Part shown: piece by piece, positions 12,114 through 22,121 of the stretch
Layout: the number at the start of each line of letters is the position of its first letter
Position numbering within the stretch: the stretch's first letter is position 1
Assembly: GCA_024626585.2 (NCBI GenBank)
Contig: JANKJI020000002.1
Span: 104,593,869-104,616,927, forward strand
Source of the DNA: Ginkgo biloba
Taxonomy: Eukaryota > Plantae > Ginkgophyta
Length of the DNA: 23,059 nucleotides
Direction: 5' to 3'
Program-made: the position numbers and the translations under genes
Notes under the pieces: model-generated
The model's input: only the letters and a program-made list of their open reading frames with translations
The model's database searches: none
What the model was told of the DNA's origin: nothing

Positions 12114-12978
12114 AAATGATGAATATATAATCGATGGGTAGCGGAGCTTAGATGAGCTCTGCTAAGGTTTTGTTGGAAGGAGAGTCACCTCTCCTCCACA
12201 ACGATGGCATCCATCTCTCGCCCTTAACCTTGTTTTGGTTTAGATCGGACGTTGGAAGATACAATGGTCTGGTAGAGTGTAAGGGGGAGAAGCGACTCTA
12301 TCTCGAAGGAAGGCGGCTCTGGAAGATAGCTTGGAGCTCATTTTCATCATTATTTTGTGGGCAGTTATCTCTTCATGACTTGAGTCTCCTTGCATGGTTT
12401 ATGCTGGTGTTCATGTTCGTTTTGTTCGGACGTGTGTAGGGTGAAGGCTCCAATGGTTTTTTTAGGGGCTCGCGATGTTGCTGCTTTGTGGTTACTCACT
12501 TCCCTCCATGTTTGTGGTTCGCATACTGTCTCCTCGACGACTGTTCGCCCTACTCGAGGGTTTGCTTGTTATGGTTTCTTTGTTGCTGAGGGCTTCTTCC
12601 CCTATGGGTGTCCGTTTGTAGGCTTTCTTCCTTGTGGGCGTTCTATTTTGTAAGGAGTTGCGTGCCCTAGTTAGGGTTTGTGTTGTGCCTTTATGGCTAT
12701 TTTAGTCTTTTCTTTGTGTTGTGTCTCGATGCCTGCGTGGTGTTTGATCAAGTGTGTTGGTTCCCTGCGTGGCACTTGATCTAGTTGTATCCTTAAGAGG
12801 AGTACCTCACCTCTAGGGTATGGTTATTGGTGAGGTTTTGATGATGCCCTGGTGCCCAAGATAGGGCATGCCTTTCTATTGCTCGATTTTTTGTTTTATT
12901 ATGATGCAATTTTGCCCATCTTGAAATGAAAGAAAAAATATATTTTTGCAACCAAAAAAAAGAAAATGATGAATATAT
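12114..12978 (+). mobile_element. Poly(A)-tailed retroposed insertion (5'-truncated LINE 3' end or non-autonomous retroposon) with target-site duplication
   Basis: The identical 15-mer AAATGATGAATATAT occurs at 12114-12128 and 12964-12978. An A8 run (12954-12961) lies just before the right copy, preceded by an A-rich AATGAAAGAAAAAA. The interior (12129-12953) is visibly more GC- and CpG-rich than its flanks. Confidence 0.75.
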
Positions 12979-14921
12979 GCATGCGAATAAATTTGGTGAT
13001 GTAAAAGGAGACGACAAATCCCACTACAACACTAATTTTGCACAAATTGTGAATGAATCAAGTCTGAGAATTGGACACCATTGAAGTCCAATTTCAAACT
13101 TTGTTCCATATAAGTGAATTCAAACTAGAAAAACAAATAATGATTCAACTTAAGTAAGAAGAAAACAAGCAAGATTCAAATGCTATAAACCCTAATTTAG
13201 AATTTCAAAATGTAATTATAAATGCAAATTCGAGTGATTAATTGTTAAGTAAATCCTAATTGTAGTTGACACTGATTTTAATCTAAACCCCTATTGTTTT
13301 CCTTTTCGAATTGGGATATTTGAGTCATGCTTTTAAAGTTTATGGAAGGAAAGAAAAATGTAAACGTTTTTTATAGTAATGAAGTTGCGAAAAAGTTGAT
13401 TTGAATCCAAACCTTCCTAGCAATTGATTTTTTTGGTACAAAAATGTATAATTCTTTAGCTCTAGTTGATGTCCTAATTTGAAAATTTCCTCACTAAGAA
13501 GATAAACAAAGACTTGGTGTAGATGTTCACACTTTTTNNNNNNNNNNNNNNNNNNNNNNNNNNNNNNNNNNNNNNNNNNNNNNNNNNNNNNNNNNNNNNN
13601 NNNNNNNNNNNNNNNNNNNNNNNNNNNNNNNNNNNNNAGATTGAAACAAATTCAAGAAAAATACGATCTCTGAGAAGGTAACACGTGGTAAAGATTCTTG
13701 GGCCCTTCATGGGAAATGAAATTCCTTTTTAATATAGGTGTTGAAAAATGTGAGGTCAAATGAATAGTGTGAAGGTGACATGTGTCACGATCCTGGCTCT
13801 TAAATTCTTGCGATTTTGAGATGTTAGAAACCATAGTGAAAAGTCTCACAGGCTACAGATACAACAAGCACATGACAAGTGCAGATGATTCGTGGGTCTC
13901 CTCTTCTCACTGTAAAGTTTTAAGACTTAGAGGATTCTAAAATATGGTATTAGGAATTAGAGCACTCTATGGCATAGTATTGGCACAAAAACATGATATA
14001 AATTGGTGCCCTAGATTTAATAAATCAACTTTTTGAGCTTGAGGTACTTACCAGATGAATTTGGGGATGCAAACAAGTTTGCCAATGTTGGCCAACGACC
14101 CACGAACAAGTTGAGAGTGGCATTCCTTGAATCTATATGCCATTTGTCCTCTGGTATTATGAAATCTTGAATCTCAGGGTTTTAGGGTGTAAAAATGCTA
14201 GGGTTTTGTTGAAAACTCTGTTGAATCATGCTTTAGCCACTAGAATCAAATATAGGAGTATAAATAGGGTCGAAAACTAAGCACATGATCAATCCAAAGA
14301 TCAAATCAATTGAAATCCAACAAAAATGAAGTAAGAGGATTGATTCAATTTTTATATTCTACGATTTTATTTCTTTGACTTTTTTTTGGTATGCTACCTA
14401 GGTTTGCGACTCTCTTACTCGGGTTTGCAATTTTTATTAGAGGGGCCTAGTCATTACAAAAATCCAATTTTTCTACTATGTTTAAGCCTTTTTCATGAAT
14501 TTTGTTTTATTTTTATTTTTAACATTTTTGATCCTTCATTTTTATTGAAGAAATCTATGTGTTGGCGTTGTCTGGTGGATGATGATGCTAAAACTAGATG
14601 ACGAAAGATAGGGCCAACGACACTCTTTAAGTGATTGGTGGGTGATTGGTCAATGATTTGTAGCCTCTCATATATTATGAAAATAATTGTCATTATAATT
14701 TTGATCAAGAAATGACTGGTAACCAATCCCTCATAGTGCGTGCTGATAAGGTTGGACCACTCTTAGTGTGCGGATTTGATTCATTAATTACGACTGTATA
14801 AAATTAAATATTTGTATGCAAAGCTTAAGGGATTTGGGTGCTAGTTCAAAGATGCTTAGCCTATCTCTGATAAATCCCTTGAGAGGGGTTTGCTAAAAGT
14901 GATGAGTAATTTTCCAAGGTT

Positions 14922-15063
14922 GTTAAGCCTCATTGACGTAGGTCTTCAACAATACTCTAAGTAAATCTCGATAAATCTAGACTTGTTTGGGATGGTTTGG
15001 AACCCATGGCATGATGTAACACCTCTGAGGCAGTTAAGCCTTGTCAATGGAGGTCTTTAACAA
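14922..15063 (+). repeat. Short diverged direct repeat (31 bp, 111-bp offset)
   Basis: GTTAAGCCTCATTGACGTAGGTCTTCAACAA (14922-14952) versus GTTAAGCCTTGTCAATGGAGGTCTTTAACAA (15033-15063). Confidence 0.55.
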
Positions 15064-15132
15064 AAAAATGATTGATGTTGTTGATGTTGCAGCAAAGATG
15101 TAAGTTTGCTTACTAAACTTGCAAAACTAGGT

Positions 15133-15736
15133 GCTTTAGCCCTATAAACAATATGCTCAAATATAGAAATAAGGTGACTTAGGTAAAGTGAGAAGATTTC
15201 AAATTCAACTATAAAAATGTAGTGTATTCAATATGCATACATGATGAATATTTATTTATGTTAATTTATGTAGACAAAATACAATTCATTAATTTATAGT
15301 TATTAGTAAAGGAAATTGTTTGATCAAGATAGACTTGCGACAAGGACAACAACCACCTAATGCTAGCTATGGGGATTGCCTAAAAGGTATTACCATATGA
15401 GCAATCAAACCTCAGGTGCGTAACACTCTAACTGTCAATGCCTAAAAACTATTCATGATCTTTTAAACTCCATCCCTACATTAATAAGAGCGCTAGACAT
15501 CGCTTTGTTTCCGCCCTGTTGATAATATAATTATTTATATTATACAAGTCACCAAACCTTAGGGCTGCACCAACAAACCCTAGAACCAAAAACCACTGAT
15601 ATGGTCAACAAATCTCTATGGTTGCACCAATAGACCATAGACATATTGTTGCACAAATACACCATATAAACCAACATAAAAGTTTAAATCCTGAGCACCA
15701 ATTAAGCCCTCACGGGGCATTTGTGACCCTTTGCTA
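15133..15736 (+). repeat. Copy 1 of a diverged direct repeat of about 600 bp
   Basis: Colinear anchors shared with 15964-16600: GCTTTAGC, AAACAATATGCT, TTAATTTATGTRGACAAAATACA, TTAGTAAAGGAAA, ATGGGGA..GCCTAAAAG, CACCAACAAACCCTA, TATGGTCAACAAA, TGAGCACCA, CCCTYTGCTA. The copy ends at a gap. Confidence 0.85.
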
Positions 15737-15963
15737 NNNNNNNNNNNNNNNNNNNNNNNNNNNNNNNNNNNNNNNNNNNNNNNNNNNNNNNNNNNNNNNN
15801 NNNNNNNNNNNNNNNNNNNNNNNNNNNNNNNNNNNNTGAGTTGATTTCCATGTATATATACTTGTGCAAGTGTTTGCTCTGTTCTGCTCTACCATTTTAA
15901 CACCACCAACCCAACTCTAATATGACTATAACAGTCCCACTTACTAAACTTGTGAAACCATAC

Positions 15964-16600
15964 GCTTTAGCTTGGGAAACAATATGCTTAAATGGAGATA
16001 ACATTTGGTAAAGTAAATAGAAATTAAATGCCATCATAAATATGTAGTGCAATATGTATGCATACAAAGCAATTAATTATTATATTAATTTATGTGGACA
16101 AAATACAGATTACATTAGTATACAAGTGTTAGTAAAGGAAACTATTTGACTAGGGTATATTTGCAGTAAGGACATCAACAATTTACTCTTGGTCATGGGG
16201 ACCGCCTAAAAGCGCTTACTATGTGGGCAATGAATTCTCTAGTGCATAACACACTAACCATCAATGTTGAGTAGGTATTAATGATTTGCTAGACTCCACC
16301 CCTTAACCCCACCCTAGTAAGGATACCAGATGTAGATCTGTTTTAGCCCCTTCTTCAACACTAGGATTGTCCTAGCAGTTAGGACACCGTCCCCCATTGG
16401 TAGTTTATTTATTTTTATTAATTTTTGGTATAGGTTACCAAACTCTAGGGTTACACCAACAAACCCTATAACCAGAAAGAACCAGTATGGTCAACAAACC
16501 ATAGACCCATGGCTGCACCATCAAACCATAGAAACTAGTAAAAGAGCATGAAACTTGAGCACCATCCCAACCTTGATGGGTTATCTATGCCCCTCTGCTA
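15964..16600 (+). repeat. Copy 2 of a diverged direct repeat of about 600 bp
   Basis: Same anchors as copy 1, plus about 50 bp of extra sequence near 16350-16400. Confidence 0.85.
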
Positions 16601-16760
16601 GCTAGCCCAAAAATGTGCATGCATAGGGCCAAATGAAGACTCAAATAGAGGCACCCTTAGTAAGGGATGCCAAATCGTCAACACATCTTCGACTGAAGCC
16701 CAAATTTCCCTCAACAAGTCTCTAGGGTTTCTATAGTCAGGTAGGCCAAAGTTCCACATA
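16404..16760 (-). mobile_element. Possible LINE (L1-like) 3' end with degenerate poly(A) tail
   Basis: The plus-strand T-rich tract TTTATTTATTTTTATTAATTTTT (16404-16426) reads as an A tail on the minus strand. A short minus frame MWNFGLPDYRNPRDLLREIWASVEDVLTIWHPLLRVPLFESSFGPMHAHFWAS* lies upstream of it. There is no diagnostic domain and no clear TSD. Confidence 0.35.
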
Positions 16761-16799
16761 CAATATTGTTCTTGCAATTACTACATTTATTTAGCATCA

Positions 16800-17646
16800 A
16801 ATAAACATTAAATATGCATGCGTAGTACACTAACCCCATGCCTAGGGGCACCCTACTTAGAATAGGCTAATTCTCAATTCGTAGGATTTTCAACCATAAA
16901 TTATCAATGCAAAAACCGAAAAATACATTTGTGTGTAAAAGTACAAAAAATTCCATTAATTTATGAGAGCTAGAAAAATATGGCAAAATTAAGCTTTACA
17001 AAATACTCACAAATTCAATGACTTACCTAGATGAAAGCTTTTGACTGAAGATACTAAGCAACCTTGTGGAGCAAAATGCCTCTCTTTTGCAGTCTTATGT
17101 GGAGTGCCCTATCTAGAACCTTCTGAAAATGCAAATCTGCAGCCTGAAACCTAATGCGGCCCTCCAGAAAGGTCTGCATCACCCATGTGAGTCTTCTACA
17201 GCCCTGGACAAAGCTACTATTTGGTGAAAATGCTCCAAGTGAGGCATCTTGGCATAAGGATGAGATCTGAGCACTCAAATGTGCAAAAAGCCTCCAGAAC
17301 TGCATCACACTCCGAATTGTACAGACTCCAACAACATGCAAAAAAGCACTAGAGAAAAATAGCGCTGCAATAGTAAAGAAATGAACTTGAATGCAAAAAT
17401 ATATATAGAGAGTGAAGGTGCCTAGCTCAGAAGAATAGAATGATGCTAAAAGAGTTGCTAAAGCCGCTAGCAACATATAAATAAGAATATTCAGGCATAA
17501 CCTCCCATAGAAGGGCTGGAGCTAAGCCCTTATGGAAATGAGTGCTAGAGCATGCTAATCCCCGTTTAGTGTACCCCTTTAATTCTGCTTCTACTCTCCT
17601 TAGGGACTTGGCCCCTGATTTGTCACCTTCCATTAGGCGTGGTACA
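16800..17646 (-). mobile_element. LTR-like segment with promoter and splice donor (probably a Ty3/Gypsy LTR; left boundary approximate)
   Basis: The minus strand begins AGAA-TGTACCACGCC at 17646. It has a TATA-like CTATATATA at about 17408-17400 and a consensus donor AG|GTAAGT (plus-strand ACTTAC at 17021-17026). Confidence 0.4.
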
Positions 17647-17659
17647 TTCTTAGAGGGGG

Positions 17660-18370
17660 AGTGATGTTTTCAATTTGAAAGTTAGAAATAGTGTCGTGTT
17701 TTGTGATCCTCCTCTGTCTTGCTCTGTTTCTGATCATTCTATTGTTGTGATTTTGTTTGACTGTGGCATTCAGATCAAGATTCAAGTAGAGATATTGTGA
17801 TTGCAGCCCAGTCATTTACTTGAGCTTATTGAACATTTGGGAACATTCCTCTGTACCACCAACAAGGTTCTTGAGGATCATAGAGATAGAAGTAGGAGGA
17901 AATTCAAAGGCCCAAGCAGGGGCAAGGGTATGCCAAACAGGCCGCCTCCTCTTCACCCTCCTCCACCTTCACAGACCTACCACAAATAGGAATGGTTGGG
18001 ACAACCTCCCTCAGCCTGGTCATACCCCCTAATAGAAATGAGGCCTACAAGAAAGATGCTTTGGTGGGTGATCGGGGGGTGTGAGAGGGGAGGGTGGAGT
18101 CAATGAGATGAGCCAGATCCGAACAATGTTATGAATCCTGTATGGTCTATGCTGGATTTGATTGTGTTTCTAGCATTGGGCCTTGAAAGCCCTGTTTGTT
18201 ATCTTTTTGATAGGGGTTTTAGAATTTTGTACTTTTTGTCAATGTATTTTGACATATGTATAGGCCATGTATGTTAATCCAGTTATCGTGTGCACTAGGA
18301 GTGGTGAGGAGGTGTAGTAACTGTATGTAAGTCTGCCAATTCATAGAATCTGTCTCTTTACAACAAAAAA
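17660..18370 (+). mobile_element. Possible LINE (L1-like) 3' terminal fragment
   Basis: A Pro-rich, basic degenerate frame (...RSRRKFKGPSRGKGMPNRPPPLHPPPPSQTYHK*EWLGQPPSAWSYP) is followed by a T/G-rich UTR-like stretch ending in ACAACAAAAAAA (about 18360-18371). No TSD was found. Confidence 0.35.
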
Positions 18371-18714
18371 ATTCACCATCTTAATTTGAGCTTGCTTCAT
18401 CAATGGGTTGCTTTGACTAAAATCAATCACCTTCCAAAGCAGTCAAATTGAGGCAGAGTATAGGATATTTTTAAATCTTAATGAGCAAGGGCAAAGATCT
18501 TTCCTCCAATTGGGTTAAATATTCATCTCAATTTAGAAATAGGGGAAAATAATTTTATTCTGACGCATCCAATATACCTAATGAACTTCTGAAGCACTGA
18601 TNNNNNNNNNNNNNNNNNNNNNNNNNNNNNNNNNNNNNNNNNNNNNNNNNNNNNNNNNNNNNNNNNNNNNNNNNNNNNNNNNNNNNNNNNNNNNNNNNNN
18701 NNNNNNNNNNNNNN

Positions 18715-20007
18715 GCATCAACTATGGGCTATGATTTTCAGTTCAACTCAGAAATGGAGCAATCTACACTATGATAGGTAACCTTTTCAATGTCTTATCG
18801 GATATGGTCCAAGACCAAGGAAACAGATGAAGAAATGCAAAACAACTAAGGGAATCACAAAGATTATGATTCAGTCAAGAATCATGAAGTCTTGAAGAAT
18901 AGAAAGAATGTATTAATGGGATTCAACCATGATCAATAGTTGTGGAGGAGGGAAATTTCCCTGCGGTTTAGAAGAAAGTAGTCCAAGTTAAAGAAATATG
19001 TGGAGAGGTAGGAAAGGAAATGAATTACCTAATTATATTGGTAGATCGACGCCTTTGTTAACTACATACAGCTACTACGGAATTGCTCAAGGCTAGGTTA
19101 CACAGCTGCAGAGAACCAGAGAATTGCGACTACATCTGAGACATTAGGTTACATGGTTGTTGAGAACCAAAGAACTGCAACTACAACTGAGACACTTACT
19201 CCTTGGAATTCATGATCATATTGCCCAAGTAACATTATTGGTTGCAGAAAAGGACACAGGATAGTGCTCAGGACAAACCAATGACTTCCCAAAGAACATT
19301 TCCTCTCAGGCATGAACTCTCCTTGAGTAGGATCAACTGCAATCATCTACTGGCAATCAGCAATTTCAGAAATGGAATTACAGAAGGAGACCACATGGTG
19401 AGCTTAATCAAAAGAACTCTAGTTCTGTTTCAAATGATCAGAACTTTTATGCACCCTTCGAAAATGACCTAAAGACATTCTCACACTCCTAAGATTCCAC
19501 TTTGGATACTTAACTAGGATTTCTCTCATAGGTGTTTTAAAAACTCTTCATAGGTGGAAGGAAATAATAAGGGGACTAAACTCATAAGCCTTATTGAGAC
19601 AATTTTTCAACACCCAGAGGAAGTCCTAGTTACTACTCAGGCCCAGGCTCGAAAAGATGTCGTATGTTCCTCATAGCCACCAACTCCTCCCCCTATTAAG
19701 GAAATAAAAATTTTCCTACCTGAACCTATCATCAACAAATCACTTCCCAATAGACTTTTCAAATTTCCATAAACAATGAGAATCCTTCATTACAACACTT
19801 TCTATCTCAATCCTGAATATTTGGCATGATGTTTTTATTTTTGACCCAATGGAGCTTCCTCCTCCTGAATTATGTAAAGCCAACTTGGCCTCTCCATTCA
19901 TGATAGAAGTGGAAGTAGGCAAATTTATAATGCAATAGTGCATTGTAGATCTTGGGTCCTCAATTAATGTCATGCCCATTTCTATTTTTGAACAACTTGG
20001 CCTTGGA
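18715..20007 (+). mobile_element. Degenerate Ty3/Gypsy retrotransposon gag-pol region ending in the aspartic protease (Athila/Tat-like motif)
   Basis: The frame from 19891 reads SPFMIEVEVGKFIMQ*CIVDLGSSINVMPISIFEQLGLG, with catalytic D-L-G at 19948-19956 and the DLGSSINVMP signature of plant non-chromovirus Ty3 proteases. The upstream sequence is purine-rich and full of stops, consistent with decayed gag and linker, but its extent is inferred. Both ends are bounded by gaps. Confidence 0.75.
19891..20007 (+). pseudogene. Retroviral-like aspartic protease N-terminal half, with in-frame TAG at 19936
   Basis: CIVDLGSSINVMP motif read directly from the sequence. Confidence 0.85.
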
Positions 20008-21055
20008 NNNNNNNNNNNNNNNNNNNNNNNNNNNNNNNNNNNNNNNNNNNNNNNNNNNNNNNNNNNNNNNNNNNNNNNNNNNNNNNNNNNNNNNNNNNNN
20101 NNNNNNNTGAAACTGCAAAAAGCATCCACTCTTTGTGATGGTTGGGTCTATTGGATTGATGATATTTATTAGATTACGTATATTGATTGCACATCAAGGA
20201 ACACCAAGGCTGTCTTGGGCTGTCCAGTGTGTAGGAATATTGCTGTTCATTATTTACTGTTTATGCCTGGAGCAGCAATTTTTTTTTTATTGTCTCTTCT
20301 TTCAGTTCTGCAGCTATACTTTTAAAAAATCTTACTCTTGTATTTTNNNNNNNNNNNNNNNNNNNNNNNNNNNNNNNNNNNNNNNNNNNNNNNNNNNNNN
20401 NNNNNNNNNNNNNNNNNNNNNNNNNGTTTTGACGAAAGCTGAAGCAGTCAGGATGTCTTCATTAAATTCTTATATCTTGTAAGCCCAGGCAGGTTTCACA
20501 TGCATTATTACTTTCAAGTCTGGACTGTCCTCAGATTGTGTCATGTAAATAGGGTGTACCACTTGAGTTTTTATTTTCAATCCAGATTGTATTTAGCAAT
20601 GGATAATTTATGTGCTGATGGGTGATAAACAGNNNNNNNNNNNNNNNNNNNNNNNNNNNNNNNNNNNNNNNNNNNNNNNNNNNNNNNAATATTGCTTGAT
20701 ATGTGATTACTGTTGGCTGGCAAAGATGTTTATCAAGGCACAATTTTGGAAGTCAAAATCAGTCATAGACTTTGGTGGATTGAGAGGGCAATTCTTTTTA
20801 TTGATTTAATGTAAGGAAGTTGGGAAGATGTCAAGGGATTATAAAATTAACAGGATTTGCCCCTGGACTCTCATTTTTTTTGTTGGGCCTATTTTCCTCA
20901 AAGATGCTACGAATATTGAAAGTTAAGGTGCCTGGCTCATTTTATTGAGATGCNNNNNNNNNNNNNNNNNNNNNNNNNNNNNNNNNNNNNNNNNNNNNNN
21001 NNNNNNNNNNNNNNNNNNNNNNNNNNNNNNNNNNNNNNNNNNNNNNNNNNNNNNN

Positions 21056-21578
21056 TTGTTGTTGCATTGGAAGGGGATAAAAAAAATTGCTTATAGGGAA
21101 AGGGAAATCCTACGAAGTGCTTAATTTCATCGACCCCTTCCCTTGGAAACAAGGTTCTATTGGCAAGGCAACCTCTCTTCTATTCTTAAATTTGTAGTGC
21201 AATTTAAGCCATGAAGAAATGTTTGTATCATTACATAGCACTTGGAACCTAGAGGTTGCCTAGCTTGTCTATTGTTTGCTGAAACTTTTATATGGAGGAT
21301 TTCTAGGGCCCTACTAGTAAGTTTGATTAGATCCGCAAGGGTGGCATGCCTTGGCCATGTTGAGTGTTTCCTTTGTGCTAGATGGAGTAAATTAGATGCT
21401 TTGTGGGTGGCTGTTGGGTTTGATGAGGGTGACCATGATTTCATAAGCAGGTTTATTTGTGTGGAAGATATATGATATGTGATCTGAATTAGTGTAATAA
21501 GTCGAGGTGTACTTGGGAAAGTTAATTTGAGGTGTGAAATGAATAACCTAGGGGATAGATTCATAAGGTTGAGAGGAG
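21056..21578 (-). mobile_element. Possible degenerate L1 ORF2 endonuclease-RT linker fragment
   Basis: The 135-aa minus frame has a helical segment (ATLADLIKLTSRALEILHIKVSANNRQARQ). A KHFF in an adjacent frame follows it, loosely like the QxxRxxWxxxGDxNTKFFH linker. The similarity is weak. Confidence 0.25.
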
Positions 21579-21678
21579 NNNNNNNNNNNNNNNNNNNNNN
21601 NNNNNNNNNNNNNNNNNNNNNNNNNNNNNNNNNNNNNNNNNNNNNNNNNNNNNNNNNNNNNNNNNNNNNNNNNNNNNN

Positions 21679-22121
21679 ACCATCGGGTTAGAAGGAATTG
21701 ACACTGACAAGCGGCAAAACAACATGAGCCGACATCGATAGGTCTCTACAGGCAGTTTACCGACATGAACATACACTGACATAAGTCGAATCACCGATGA
21801 TGAGGAGGGTAGATGATGGATGCAATCACTGATGACTCCAGACTGATGTCAGTCAGGGAAACTCACCGACGCTGATGAAGGATCCTAACGCAAGTCAACG
21901 ACTTGGTTGGCTGTTGTAACTACCGCGACAATTATACATCCGTTTGCACCTTGTATATATATATGTTATAAAGAGAAAGGGGATAGTGATAATGTACTAT
22001 GATGTAATGCTTGTATTGGTATTCGCTTATAAATAGAAGGATTTGGATGGTTTTTCCTCATATCTGTGTACAGTGTTATATGTGTGTGAATATGTGTATG
22101 AATGTGATGCTTATGCTTTAT
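21679..22121 (+). mobile_element. LTR U3/promoter-like fragment with repeated RCCGAC motifs upstream of a TATA box
   Basis: GCCGAC 21728, ACCGAC 21759 and 21865, variants ACTGAC 21703 and 21775, ACCGAT 21793, ACTGAT 21828 and 21842. TATAAATAG lies at 22028, followed by a TG-rich tract. Both ends fall in gaps. Confidence 0.5.
21758..21766 (+). promoter_or_regulatory. Exact 9-bp dehydration-responsive element (DRE) TACCGACAT
   Basis: Exact match to the DRE nonamer bound by DREB/CBF AP2 factors, about 270 bp upstream of TATAAATA. Function is not demonstrated. Confidence 0.4.

Noticed and set aside
11135-14622. Isolated LTR-terminus-like words GGGGCTACA (11135-11143), TGTAAAAGGAGACGAC (13000) and ATAGGGCCAACGACA (to 14622)
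   Set aside because: Short motifs without partner ends or TSDs, separated by gaps, so they cannot define elements.
17054-17476. 140-aa ORF with hydrophobic N-terminus as a membrane or secreted protein gene
   Set aside because: The hydrophobic part is translation of a T-rich TATA-containing tract, and no known domain is present. It is kept only as a speculative shorter ORF in the findings.
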